From: Alphaproteobacteria bacterium | GTDB taxonomy: Bacteria > Pseudomonadota > Alphaproteobacteria > JAEULC01 | DNA length: 64,000 bases | Direction: 5' to 3' | NCBI GenBank assembly: GCA_020846275.1 | Contig: JADLEG010000250.1 | Location: 9,875-73,874, forward strand | Shown: positions 8,610-17,901 of the stretch, one piece after another | Numbering within the stretch: position 1 is the stretch's first letter | Layout: the number at the start of each line of letters is the position of its first letter | Translations under genes and position numbers: made by a program | Notes under the pieces: generated by a model | Database searches by the model: none | Told to the model about the DNA's origin: nothing | Seen by the model: the letters and a program-made list of their open reading frames with translations, nothing else

Positions 8610-8672
8610 CGCGGGCGCCGCCCCCAGACGCCTGGCCTGCCGCGACTTGTCTGTGGCCGGATGCGGGTCAAG

Positions 8673-8697
8673 GGAACTTTCTTCGCCGCAATGCGTT
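8673..8697 (+). promoter_or_regulatory. EcfG-type promoter GGAAC-N16-CGTT
   Basis: Exact consensus upstream of DUF1328 and the MlaC-like gene. Confidence 0.8.
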
Positions 8698-8771
8698 GAT
8701 CCGGTGGCGCTTCCGCGGCTCGTGTCCCCGTCTCCAAGGGTGGGCCCGGCCTGAGGCGCCCGGAGACACAC

Positions 8772-8936
8772 ATGCTGACATGGGCCTTGATCTTCCTGGT
8801 TGTCGCGATGGTGGCCGGAGCCTTCGGTTTTTGGGGCCTCGCCTCCACGGCGGCAGGATTTGCAAAGGTTCTTTTCGTCGTCTTCCTGGTGCTCTTCCTG
8901 GGATCGCTGGTCGTCAGCATGACCGGCCACGCCTGA
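8772..8936 (+). CDS. DUF1328 (UPF0391/YtjA-like) small membrane protein, 54 aa; absent from ORF track
   Basis: Translated by hand: [47 protein letters not shown]; GGAG RBS. Confidence 0.9.
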   Translation: MLTWALIFLVVAMVAGAFGFWGLASTAAGFAKVLFVVFLVLFLGSLVVSMTGHA

Positions 8937-8982
8937 GGTACCAGACGCACCCGACTCCCCTTGTCCTGAAGGAGCATCCGCA

Positions 8983-9579
8983 ATGCGCAAGCCGATCCTG
9001 ATCGCCACGGCGATGCTGGTTGCCGTCGCGTCGAACGCCTGGGGTGCCGACGCCCCGACGGATATCGGCAAGGTCGCCTCCACCCTGGCCGCGGGCGTCG
9101 TCGCGGCGGCAAAGTCGGAAGCGCCGGGCGAACGCCTGCGCCTGCTGCGCGAAGCCGCCGGACCGGTGATGGACATGAAGACGATCGGCGAAGGCGTGCT
9201 GGCCTATGCCGGCGCCAAGGTGCCGTCGAGCCGCCAGGCCGAGGTGCTGGACCAGGTCGTCGACTATGTCGGCGGCAGGATCGTGCAGGAGATCGAGCGT
9301 ATCCGCCCGGAAAGGGCCAACGTCGGGCCAGCCGAGGTGAAGGGCGAGAGCGACGCGCAACTCAGCATGTCGCTCGTCGGCGTCCGCGATACGATCGACG
9401 TGCGTTGGTATTTCCGCAAGATCGGCGCGACATGGCGTATCGTCGACGGGGAAGTGTCGGGCAGCCGATTGACGACATACTTCGGGGAGCAATTGTCGCG
9501 CTACGCGCACGGCGTCGACCAGCTCGTCGACTACCTGCGCGCCCAGCAGAAGCGCAGCCTGACCGCCTCGCGAACCTAG
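8983..9579 (+). CDS. MlaC/Ttg2D-like periplasmic binding protein, copy 1
   Basis: AAGGAG RBS; signal peptide; VMDMKTIGEGVL, VRWYFRKIGATWRIVDGEVSG. Confidence 0.7.
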   Translation: MRKPILIATAMLVAVASNAWGADAPTDIGKVASTLAAGVVAAAKSEAPGERLRLLREAAGPVMDMKTIGEGVLAYAGAKVPSSRQAEVLDQVVDYVGGRIVQEIERIRPERANVGPAEVKGESDAQLSMSLVGVRDTIDVRWYFRKIGATWRIVDGEVSGSRLTTYFGEQLSRYAHGVDQLVDYLRAQQKRSLTASRT

Positions 9580-9589
9580 CGGACGGCGA

Positions 9590-9772
9590 TCAGGCGCCCT
9601 CGCGCCCGGTGTCCTTGGGACGGCCCATCTCCCGCCGCCCCTCCGCATCGTCGCTTTCCCTGCGAGAAAGCCCGCGGGGCCGTGCTGGCCGCCGCGGGCT
9701 GGGTTTGTCTTCGGGCTTGTGTGGCGATGGCGACCCCTTCGTCGCCGTGACTTGGTGCCGCCTGCTCGACAT
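9590..9772 (-). CDS. Small basic low-complexity hypothetical protein
   Basis: Co-oriented just downstream of csbD, GAAGAGG upstream; no family recognised. Confidence 0.35.
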   Translation of the reverse strand: MSSRRHQVTATKGSPSPHKPEDKPSPRRPARPRGLSRRESDDAEGRREMGRPKDTGREGA

Positions 9773-9808
9773 ATTCGATCGCCTCTTCGCCGGCCGCCCG
9801 GCAGTTGA

Positions 9809-10009
9809 CTATGACGACAACCGCTCCCAGTCCTTCACCTGCTTCTCGGCCTCGTCCTTGGCAATGCCATAGCGCTCCTGCACGCGACCGATGAGCTGGT
9901 CGCGCTTGCCCTCGATCTTCATCAGATCGTCATCGGTGAGGTTGCCCCATTGCTGCTTGACCTTGCCTTTGATCTCTTTCCAATTGCCCTTGGCGATATC
10001 CCAGTTCAT
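9809..10009 (-). CDS. csbD: CsbD family stress protein
   Basis: MNWDIAKGNWKEIKGKVKQQWGNLTDDDL..IEGKRDQLIGRVQERYG. Confidence 0.95.
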   Translation of the reverse strand: MNWDIAKGNWKEIKGKVKQQWGNLTDDDLMKIEGKRDQLIGRVQERYGIAKDEAEKQVKDWERLSS

Positions 10010-10043
10010 GCGTGTGCTCCGCGCTGACAAGTCCCCGCTGTCG

Positions 10044-10068
10044 AACGTATCGCTGGGCGCGGAGTTCC
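10044..10068 (-). promoter_or_regulatory. EcfG-type promoter GGAAC-N16-CGTT for csbD
   Basis: Exact consensus. Confidence 0.82.
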
Positions 10069-10072
10069 GGCC

Positions 10073-10098
10073 GGAACCGGGCGCGCCCCGTGTGCATT
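10073..10098 (+). promoter_or_regulatory. EcfG-type promoter variant GGAAC-N17-CATT
   Basis: -35 forms palindrome GTTCCGGCCGGAAC with the csbD promoter. Confidence 0.5.
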
Positions 10099-10106
10099 AC
10101 CTCTGC

Positions 10107-10277
10107 ATGACGCACGATCCCGACACCGCCCAGCCCGAGCCCGCCAAGCCGATCGAAACTCCGCCCGTGGAATTTCCGCCGGCGAAACCGCCCGAGGCGC
10201 CGCCGGTGGTCCCACCGTCCGTGCCGCCGCCCGTTTCCCCTCCGCCTGCCCGAGCTCGGTCGGCCACACGCCACTAA
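10107..10277 (+). CDS. Small proline-rich hypothetical protein (56 aa)
   Basis: MTHDPDTAQPEPAKPIETPPVEFPP...; downstream of promoter variant; no clear RBS. Confidence 0.4.
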   Translation: MTHDPDTAQPEPAKPIETPPVEFPPAKPPEAPPVVPPSVPPPVSPPPARARSATRH

Positions 10278-10405
10278 AGCCTTGGCATAGCGGCTCTATT
10301 TCGATTGCCCTGCGACAGTCCCCTACCGTCAAGCGCCTCGCGACAAGTCGCCGGGGAATTCTTGCGACCAGCGCTCGCCTTCGCCTAAGCTGGCCGCTCC
10401 TTTGG

Positions 10406-12088
10406 TTGGAACTGGGCCTCGCAATGGAACCTGCCGAGGCTGACGCGGCGACGGCCACCCAGGCCGGATTTCCTGCGTTGATGCGTTCGACACAGGCAAT
10501 CGTGCTGGTCAGCGTCATCGTCATCCTCGTCTCGGTGTCGATGTTCGTGGTCTACGAGGCTGCAAACCGCCGCAGCCGGGCCAGCGAAGCGCGGCAGGTG
10601 ATCTCCAGCATTTCGCTGATGCTTGCCGAGGAGGTCGGCCGCATTCTGGATGTCGCCAACCTGGTGGCAGGGCACGCCATCGAGATCAGCCGCAATCGCA
10701 GCTGGGACGATATCGAGCAATCGCGCGCGATCTTCGACGAGCTCGCCCGGCTGGACCGCGCCTACAGCTTCATCTCCGCCATCTGGCTGACCGATGCTTC
10801 AGGCATGCCGCGCCAATCGACGCGCTCCTTCCCGCCGCCGCACGTGAGCGTTGCCGACCGCGAGCACTTCAAGGTCCAGCGAGAAGCCGACCGGGGTCCT
10901 TTCGTCAGTCCTTTGGTCCGCAGCCGGGTACGGACCGAAGCAAACATCGTGATGAGCCGCCGTATCCAGGACACGTCCGGCGGCTTTCAGGGAGTCGCGC
11001 TCGTCGTCCTCGATCCGCAGTATTTCCTGCGTCTCTATCGGGAAATCCAGGTCGAGTATCCGGTCGCGATCGAGGTCGTCCGGTTCGACCGGTCGATCCT
11101 GCTGCGCGCTCCGACAGCCGCGGTGGAAGAGTCGCTCGACGCCGTGAAATCGACGGGACCGGCCCTCGAAGCAACCAGCGCCGCCAGCGGGCTTTTCGCT
11201 GCAAAGGAACCCGGCGAGAGCGGCGAGCGGATGCAGGCCTATCGCCGGGTCGAGGGGTTCCCGTTGTATGTTGTCGTCAGCGTCCTCAACGCCGATGTGG
11301 CGCAAAGCTGGCTGAGCGCAATGTATGTACATGGAGGGTTTGCCGCCCTGGGCCTGGTGGCAGCATTGGCTGCTCTCGCCCTAGCCCATGCCTATGGCCG
11401 GCGAGAGCAGCAGACATTGCGCGATATCCGCGGCCTGAATGCCTCACTGGAAATGCGGGTGAAGGAACGCACGCAGGCGCTTGAGCACTTGCTGCAGGAA
11501 GTCACCCATCGCGTGAAGAACAGCCTTCAACTCACGGCCAGCCTGCTGCGCCTGCAGCAGAACAACGTGCGGGACCAGCCGACACGCGAATACCTGTCGG
11601 ATGCGCAGACGCGCGTGCTGACCATCGCCCGGCTGCATGAGCATCTGTACCAGGCAGGAAATTTCCGCCAGGTCGAGTTGAAGCGTTATCTCGGGACGAT
11701 CTGCGCCGATGTAGGCGGCGCGTTGCCGGGTCACCAGATCAGCTTCAAGAGCAGTTTCGGTTCAGCCCTGGTGCCGGTCGATCTCGCCATCCCCATTGCC
11801 CTCGTGCTGACCGAGCTGCTGACAAACGCCATGAAGCATGCGTTCAGCGGCGATGCCGGCAGCGTGGCGGTGTCGCTCGATGGCGATGGCGAAAGCGGCA
11901 GGCTGGAGGTGGCCGACAATGGCCGCGGCCTGCCCTTGGACTTCGATCTGCACCAGGCGCAGGGCCTGGGCATGCGGATCGTGCTGGGCTTGGTCAAACA
12001 AGCCAACGGCGAAATCTCTGTCGATTCCGGTCAGACGGGCACGCGATTTGAAGTGCGCTTTCCCTTGTCTGGCGGCGGCGGTCCATAG
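10406..12088 (+). CDS. Membrane sensor histidine kinase (Cache domain, HisKA_2); start probably somewhat later
   Basis: TM-Cache-TM; EVTHRVKNSLQ, ELLTNAMKHAF, VADNGRG, GLGMRIV intact. Confidence 0.9.
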   Translation: MELGLAMEPAEADAATATQAGFPALMRSTQAIVLVSVIVILVSVSMFVVYEAANRRSRASEARQVISSISLMLAEEVGRILDVANLVAGHAIEISRNRSWDDIEQSRAIFDELARLDRAYSFISAIWLTDASGMPRQSTRSFPPPHVSVADREHFKVQREADRGPFVSPLVRSRVRTEANIVMSRRIQDTSGGFQGVALVVLDPQYFLRLYREIQVEYPVAIEVVRFDRSILLRAPTAAVEESLDAVKSTGPALEATSAASGLFAAKEPGESGERMQAYRRVEGFPLYVVVSVLNADVAQSWLSAMYVHGGFAALGLVAALAALALAHAYGRREQQTLRDIRGLNASLEMRVKERTQALEHLLQEVTHRVKNSLQLTASLLRLQQNNVRDQPTREYLSDAQTRVLTIARLHEHLYQAGNFRQVELKRYLGTICADVGGALPGHQISFKSSFGSALVPVDLAIPIALVLTELLTNAMKHAFSGDAGSVAVSLDGDGESGRLEVADNGRGLPLDFDLHQAQGLGMRIVLGLVKQANGEISVDSGQTGTRFEVRFPLSGGGGP

Positions 12089-12102
12089 TTGACCCGCATG
12101 CG

Positions 12103-12176
12103 CTAGTACCTCGAACCCGAAGTTCGCCATCGCTTGATCGCAAGACCGGAGACGAACTTCGGAATTGGGACACTAG
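12103..12176. repeat. CTAG-bounded palindromic repeat, copy 2 (single hybrid unit, inverted)
   Basis: Reverse complement = unit-A left arm + unit-B loop + unit-B right arm; CTAG at both ends. Confidence 0.88.
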
Positions 12177-12553
12177 CGGCGCCGCAGCATGCCCATCAAC
12201 AACCCCGCGCCGAGCAGCGCGATCGTGGCGGGGTTGAGGTTTCGCAGCACCGTGCCGATCTGCTGCGCGAGGATTTCCGGCGATTCGAGATCCGCGGCGA
12301 GACATTGCTGCGGCGTGGCGCCGATGGCGGGTCCGACCGACGCGGCAGCCGCTGCAGGCCGGTTCAGGAGAGCCGCCAGCAGCGTGACCATACCGGCAAT
12401 GCCCATCAATGCCAGCCCAACCAGCAGCGCGGACATGCTGGGCGAGAGGCGAAGCTCGACGAGCGCTAGATAGCAGGCGGAGATCAGGAAGCCGGCGCCC
12501 ACCACCGCCAGCGCGGCGATCACCGCCCCGGCGACGACGCGGGCGCGCCACAT
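12173..12553 (-). CDS. Membrane protein, YqjE/phage-holin-like superfamily type
   Basis: Hydrophobic helices; directly follows DUF883 gene as in yqjD-yqjE-like operons. Confidence 0.6.
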   Translation of the reverse strand: MWRARVVAGAVIAALAVVGAGFLISACYLALVELRLSPSMSALLVGLALMGIAGMVTLLAALLNRPAAAAASVGPAIGATPQQCLAADLESPEILAQQIGTVLRNLNPATIALLGAGLLMGMLRRR

Positions 12554-12564
12554 GACGCGGCGCC

Positions 12565-12873
12565 TCAGCGGCGGCCGAAGAACGACGCCGCTGCCAGTCC
12601 CAGCGCGAATGCAGCCGTCAGCGATGTCATAGGGTGCTCGGCGACGGTTCGCCGCACTTCCTCGGCCGAGCGTTCCGTCGCTGAACCCGCTTCGCCCAGC
12701 AACCCTTGCAACTGGTCCTGCACGCTGTTGATCTGGCTGCGCGCCTTTTCGATACCGACGTCGGCGCCGGCGGTGGTTAGCTGCTCGAGATCGCGTACGA
12801 CCGCGTTCAGGTCGTCCTGCAACGCGCGATAGCTTGCCTGCAACTTGCGGGCACTTCCATTCACTCGGGCCAT
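12565..12873 (-). CDS. DUF883/ElaB/YqjD family protein
   Basis: Coiled N-terminus, C-terminal VAEHPMTSLTAAFALGLAAASFFGRR tail anchor. Confidence 0.82.
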   Translation of the reverse strand: MARVNGSARKLQASYRALQDDLNAVVRDLEQLTTAGADVGIEKARSQINSVQDQLQGLLGEAGSATERSAEEVRRTVAEHPMTSLTAAFALGLAAASFFGRR

Positions 12874-12888
12874 GTCGGTCTCCTCTCC

Positions 12889-13206
12889 CTATTGCGCGCC
12901 TGCAGACGCGCCGAGCTTCGTCGGCGCGACCGGCTCGTCCTCGGCGGGACTGGTGATCTGCTGCAGCGCAAGGCGCACGTCACGCAGCATCGAGTTCTCT
13001 TCGCGCACTAGCCCGGTGCTGGTGCTTGTCATCGCCTCTTCCTCGGCCACCTGGATCAGGCGCGCGTCCAGTTCCCATTGCTTCAGGATCTTGCGTTTCT
13101 GCTGCAAGGTCAGGGACTGCTCCTCCAGCACGGCCTGCGGCCGCTGGAATGCGCCTTTCGGGTCGACCAATGCACGTTCGTAAAGCGGTTGCTCGCTGAC
13201 TGCCAT
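12889..13206 (-). CDS. Hypothetical stress protein (105 aa)
   Basis: GGAGGA RBS before MAVSEQ; PQAVLEEQSLTLQQKRKILKQWELDA; EcfG promoter upstream. Confidence 0.7.
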   Translation of the reverse strand: MAVSEQPLYERALVDPKGAFQRPQAVLEEQSLTLQQKRKILKQWELDARLIQVAEEEAMTSTSTGLVREENSMLRDVRLALQQITSPAEDEPVAPTKLGASAGAQ

Positions 13207-13253
13207 CGACAGGTCCTCCATGTGATGGCCGCGATACGGCCGTTCGGGCAATA

Positions 13254-13278
13254 AACGCCCCCCGGCCGCGAGCGTTCC
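13254..13278 (-). promoter_or_regulatory. EcfG-type promoter GGAAC-N16-CGTT
   Basis: Exact consensus upstream of the 13206-12173 operon. Confidence 0.82.
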
Positions 13279-13320
13279 CGCCGCTCGCCCCCGGAACAGC
13301 CCCCGGCGCCCGCGATCGGG

Positions 13321-14217
13321 TCAAAGGCTCGTGACGTCGACGGCTACTTCCATGCCCAGGAAATCCGAGGTCGTTCCGTTGAAGACGCCGGCCACGGGCG
13401 AAGCCTGGCCGGGTTCGCGCACCACGGCGACCGGAATGAGGGCCGCGTCGGCCACAAGGTCATTGGTGGGGTCGAAATGGGTCCAGCCGGCCCCCGGCAG
13501 GTAGACCTGGGCCCAGGCGTGGGTCGCGCCCGCGGCGGCATTAGGCACTTGCCCACTTCCGCCCGCGTCGCGACCGGCATCGTAGAGATAACCGCTGACG
13601 AACCGTGCGGCGAGGCCGAGGCTTCGCGCGGTTTCCATCATCAGATAGGCATAGTCGCGGCAGGTGCCGCTGCGACGCACGAGCGTGTCGATCGGCGATT
13701 GGGTTCCATAGGCATCGCGCGGTACGTAGCAGAACGCGTCATGCATCGCGTTGGAAATGGCGTTCAGCACCCCGATCGTCTCCGCCTCGCCATTGCCGTT
13801 CCTTCCCGACGCCAGGAACTCCTTGGCCCAGGTGTCGACGGCATGATCGGGGTCCGACACATGGCGTTCCTGCAGCCCCGCCAGGTCGCGAATCTCATCC
13901 GCCGAGTATGCCAGCGGCAGGCTGCGTGCGTGGTCGGGCACCATGTATTCGATGGCGGCGAAGGGAAATCGCTCGACATCCAGCGAACTCTCGATAGTCA
14001 GCTCCAAAGCCTCGGTCGCGAATTCCACCATCGCCACGCTGTTGGAAAATACGTCGTACTGCCAGACGACCTGGCTCGGTGCCGGCGTGATCGTCAGCGT
14101 GGCCGCATGCAGCTTCATCTCGTGGCTGTCGCGCGGACGCAGCATCAGGCGATGCCGCCCGAGTTTCACCGGCCGGGCATAGCGATAGGTCGTGACGTGC
14201 CGCAGCCTGAATCGCAT
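13321..14217 (-). CDS. Bacterial transglutaminase-like protein
   Basis: N-terminal HVTTYRY..PV; triad motifs GTCRDYA, ATHAW, FDPTN. Confidence 0.92.
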   Translation of the reverse strand: MRFRLRHVTTYRYARPVKLGRHRLMLRPRDSHEMKLHAATLTITPAPSQVVWQYDVFSNSVAMVEFATEALELTIESSLDVERFPFAAIEYMVPDHARSLPLAYSADEIRDLAGLQERHVSDPDHAVDTWAKEFLASGRNGNGEAETIGVLNAISNAMHDAFCYVPRDAYGTQSPIDTLVRRSGTCRDYAYLMMETARSLGLAARFVSGYLYDAGRDAGGSGQVPNAAAGATHAWAQVYLPGAGWTHFDPTNDLVADAALIPVAVVREPGQASPVAGVFNGTTSDFLGMEVAVDVTSL

Positions 14218-14274
14218 CAGGCGCCTAACGCCCCGGTGCCTACCGCGTTCCCTGTGGGCGGACGCCCTGCATCC

Positions 14275-15107
14275 CTACGGGCCCTGGTCGATCGCCGCCC
14301 GTACCCGCGCCGCGAGCTGGTCGATCGTGAAAGGCTTGCTCAGCAGCAAGGCGTCCGCGTCGACCTCGCCATTGTGCACGATCGCGTTCCTGGTGTACCC
14401 GGTCGTGAACAGGATCCGCAGCGCGGGCCGTCGGCGACGCGCTTCCTCGGCCAGGGCACGCCCGCTCATTTCCGGCATGACGACGTCGGTGAACATCAGG
14501 ACGACGCCGGGACTCGACTCCAGGGCCGTCAGCGCCGGTTCGGGCCGCGCGGCATGGATGACCGTATAGCCAAGCTCGCGCAACAAGGCGACGGTGATCG
14601 CCCGCATGCGGTCATCGTCCTCGACGACGAGAATGATCTCCTCGACCTTGCCGCGCACGGGCGGCGCGGCGGCCGCCGGCGCTTTCTCCGTCCCCTCGGC
14701 ATGATGACGCGGCAAATAGATCTTGAGCGTCGTGCCGGCCCCGGGTTCGGAGTAGATCTTGAGATGGCCGCCTGACTGCTTGACGAAGCCGAAAACCTGC
14801 GAAAGCCCCAGCCCGGTACCCTTGCCGACGGGCTTCGTCGTGAAGAACGGTTCGAAGGCACGCGCGATCGTCTCTTTCGACATCCCGTGCCCGGTATCGT
14901 CCTCTCGACGATCGTGTTGCTGCGCCGGCCCAGCTCGACGAACGTGGCTGCCGCAACCATGACCGCACCGAGCAGCACGAAGCTTGCGATCGCCGCCGCC
15001 ACGAACAGGGCATCGCGCGTAGACCGCGCGCGCGCGGGCGCCGCCGTCACGAGACGCGTCCGCCGGTCGGAAAGGGAGACTGTCGCATCTGCCGCGCGTG
15101 CTCTCAA
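14275..15107 (-). pseudogene. Internally deleted hybrid sensor kinase (N-terminal TM out of frame with HATPase C-half + REC)
   Basis: One frame gives TM ..ALFVAAAIASFVLLGAV..NTIVER; another resumes at DTGHGM..FEPFFTTK..GTGLGLSQV + REC; HisKA and N-box missing; junction ~14903-14907. Confidence 0.8.
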
Positions 15108-15493
15108 AACATGTCGGGAAAAGCCGATGGCTGCTCTGCCTGCAAGAACCGACCTGCAAGGCTTCGACGACAGGTTATAAAGCCGGCCTCAAGGCGTCCA
15201 GGTTCCGATGGGGATGCGCTTGCCTTGAAGCTTGCCGCAGGGGTCGCGCTTCGTCCTGCGAGCTGCCCTTGGAAATCGTTCGGCGTGATCTGGCGATGCA
15301 TAGCGGCGAGCCGATCGTGCATGCCGCCCGATCGACATCGGGCTGAACTCGAGGCGGCGTGCCGCCGCGCCTGGGAGCGCGCCGCGGCTCGCGACCCGTT
15401 GGCCCGCTGATCGTCGTGGCGGAGCGGGATTTCCTGCGCAGCAATGAAGCGGCGATGCGAGAAAAGTTCGCATTATCAATATCTTGAACTAAG

Positions 15494-15518
15494 GCAACCT
15501 TTTGCCGCCTGGCGCGTT
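15494..15518 (+). promoter_or_regulatory. EcfG-type promoter GCAAC-N16-CGTT
   Basis: Upstream of the PAS/GAF kinase. Confidence 0.7.
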
Positions 15519-15570
15519 GTTCGACGGGTTATTGTGACAGGCGCAACGGAAGCGCCGCGGGGTAAACAGC

Positions 15571-17892
15571 ATGAGCGCGGCTGGCTTCGGGGTGACGGCA
15601 GCACCGGCCTATCTTCAGCGGTCCGCCGACACCCGGCCCAGAATTCTCGCCAGCACCGAGGAGGCTTCGACGTCAGCCACCGTGCCACTCCAGAAGCGCC
15701 CGGACCCGACCTTCGATCGAGCCGGCGTCGGCATGGCCGAAGTCGATGCCAACGGAACGTTGCTGCGGGCCAACGCACAGCTTTGCCGCCTGATGGACTA
15801 CCAGCCCGGCGAGCTGGTCGGGCGATGCATTTTCGATGAGACCAATGCCGAAGAGGCCGAGGCGGATCGCGATCAACTCCGGCGCCAGGTCGACGGCGCG
15901 ATCGATCAATACTCGCTCGAAAAACGCATCCGCCGGCGCGACGGCAGCTATTTCTGGGCCTCGGTCACGTCGACCAGCGTGCGCGATGCGGAAGGCCGGT
16001 TCCTCTACGCGGTGCGTGTCCAGCACGACATCTCCGAACAGAAGCTGGCGCAGTGGGCCCTTGCCGCCCGCATGGCGGAGCAAGCCGCACTCCACCAGTT
16101 CGCAGAGCGCCAACAGGACGCGAACTCGTTTGACGGGATCTACCAGGCCGCACTGGACGCGATCAACCACGCTCTGCAATGCCAGCGTGCATCGATCCTT
16201 CTGTTCGACAAGTACGGCGCGATGCGGTTTGCCGCCTGGCGCGGCCTGTCCGAGGACTATCGCCGTGCGGTCGAGGGGCACTCGCCCTGGGCCAAGGATT
16301 CGGCCGATCCCCGACCCATCTGCCTGGACAACGTCGCGCAAGCCGATCTTGACGACTCGCTGAAGCAGATCGTCGCGGCCGAAGGCATCGCCGCGCTGGC
16401 TTTCATCCCGATCCAGGAAGGCGGGCGGCTGCTGGGAAAGTTCATGGCGTACTACGACGCGCCCCACGCCTTCACCAACGAGGAGCGCGACCTGGCGCTG
16501 ACGCTGGCGCGGCAGCTCGGGCTGGGCATCGAAAGCATGCGCGTGCGCCAGGCGGCCCAGCAGCTGGCCTCGATCGTGGAGTCGTCCAGCGACGCCATCA
16601 TCGGCAAGAGCCTCGAGGGAATCATAACCACCTGGAATCGCGGCGCGGAAAACCTGTACGGCTACGCGGCCGAAGAAGCGATCGGCAAGCCGATCACCAT
16701 GCTCATCCCGCCCGACCGGCTGAGCGAAGAGCCGGGCATTCTGGCGCGAATCCGCAACGGCGAGCTGGTCGACCACTTCGAAACCGTTCGCCGGCGCAAG
16801 GACGGCAGCCTGGTCGATATCTCCTTGACCATTTCGCCGATGCGCGATTCCAAGGGACGGATCGTCGGCGCCTCGAAGATCGCCCGCGACGTCACCGAAC
16901 GCAAGAAGGCGGAGGCGGAGGTGCGCGACAGCGAGCGGCGCCTGCAGGAACTGCTGACAGCCATACCGGCGGCGATCTACACGACCGACGTGGCGGGCCG
17001 GGTCACCTACTACAACCAGGCGGCCGTCGATCTGGCGGGCCGCACGCCCACCATCGGCAGCGACGAATGGTGCGTCACGTGGAAGCTCTACTGGCCGGAC
17101 GGTACGCCGATGCCGCACGACCAATGCCCGATGGCGGTCGCGCTGAAGGAAGGGCGGGAGGTTCGCAACGTCGAGGCGATCGCCGAACGCCCGGATGGCG
17201 TGCGCATTCCCTTCATTCCCTACCCCACGCTGCTGCGCGATTCGAAAGGCGCCATCGTGGGCGCGATCAACATGCTGGTCGATATCAGCGAACGCAAGCA
17301 GGCCGAAAGCCAGCAGCGCATCCTGCTCAACGAGCTCAATCACCGGGTCAAGAACAACCTGCAGATGCTGCAATCGCTGCTCTCCACCTCGGCGCGGCGC
17401 GTGAAGAATCCGGAAGCGCAGGAGATCCTCGGCGAAGCCAGCCGACGGATCTGCGCCATGGGGGCGGCGCAGCGGGTCCTGTACGACAATCCCGATGCAA
17501 CCAGCTTCAGGGCCGAGGATTTCCTGAAGGCCGTCTGCGAGAGCACGCAACAGACCCTGCCGCCGGACGTCGAGATCGAGTGCAAGGCGGCGCCCGGCAA
17601 ACTGTCGAACGACGTGGCGATGCCGCTGGCCTTGATTCTGAACGAGCTGCTGACCAATGCCGTGAAGCACGGACTGAAGGGCCGCAACCAGGGCACGATC
17701 CGTGTCGGCTTCGCGCATCATGGCGGTTCATACACGCTGTCGGTCGAGGACGACGGCCCGGGATTCGACCTGCAGGCGGTGCGCGATCGATTGTCGGGCC
17801 TCCGGCTGATCCAGGGCCTGGTTCGTCAGCTGCGGGGCGAATTCGACGTCGCGACCGATCCCGTATCGCGCTGCACCGTCACGTTCTCCTAG
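15571..17892 (+). CDS. Cytoplasmic PAS-GAF-PAS-PAS histidine kinase (HisKA_2/HWE-like)
   Basis: Three PAS/PAC motifs, GAF; ELNHRVKNNLQ, ELLTNAVKHG, VEDDGPG. Confidence 0.92.
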   Translation: MSAAGFGVTAAPAYLQRSADTRPRILASTEEASTSATVPLQKRPDPTFDRAGVGMAEVDANGTLLRANAQLCRLMDYQPGELVGRCIFDETNAEEAEADRDQLRRQVDGAIDQYSLEKRIRRRDGSYFWASVTSTSVRDAEGRFLYAVRVQHDISEQKLAQWALAARMAEQAALHQFAERQQDANSFDGIYQAALDAINHALQCQRASILLFDKYGAMRFAAWRGLSEDYRRAVEGHSPWAKDSADPRPICLDNVAQADLDDSLKQIVAAEGIAALAFIPIQEGGRLLGKFMAYYDAPHAFTNEERDLALTLARQLGLGIESMRVRQAAQQLASIVESSSDAIIGKSLEGIITTWNRGAENLYGYAAEEAIGKPITMLIPPDRLSEEPGILARIRNGELVDHFETVRRRKDGSLVDISLTISPMRDSKGRIVGASKIARDVTERKKAEAEVRDSERRLQELLTAIPAAIYTTDVAGRVTYYNQAAVDLAGRTPTIGSDEWCVTWKLYWPDGTPMPHDQCPMAVALKEGREVRNVEAIAERPDGVRIPFIPYPTLLRDSKGAIVGAINMLVDISERKQAESQQRILLNELNHRVKNNLQMLQSLLSTSARRVKNPEAQEILGEASRRICAMGAAQRVLYDNPDATSFRAEDFLKAVCESTQQTLPPDVEIECKAAPGKLSNDVAMPLALILNELLTNAVKHGLKGRNQGTIRVGFAHHGGSYTLSVEDDGPGFDLQAVRDRLSGLRLIQGLVRQLRGEFDVATDPVSRCTVTFS

Positions 17893-17901
17893 GATTGCCC
17901 G

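Noticed and set aside
12173-12553. Holin-like gene as evidence of a prophage
   Set aside because: No phage genes nearby; the context is the yqjD-yqjE-like stress operon
15110-15480. Short ORFs between the pseudo-kinase and the PAS/GAF kinase
   Set aside because: No RBS, motif or coding signature recognised
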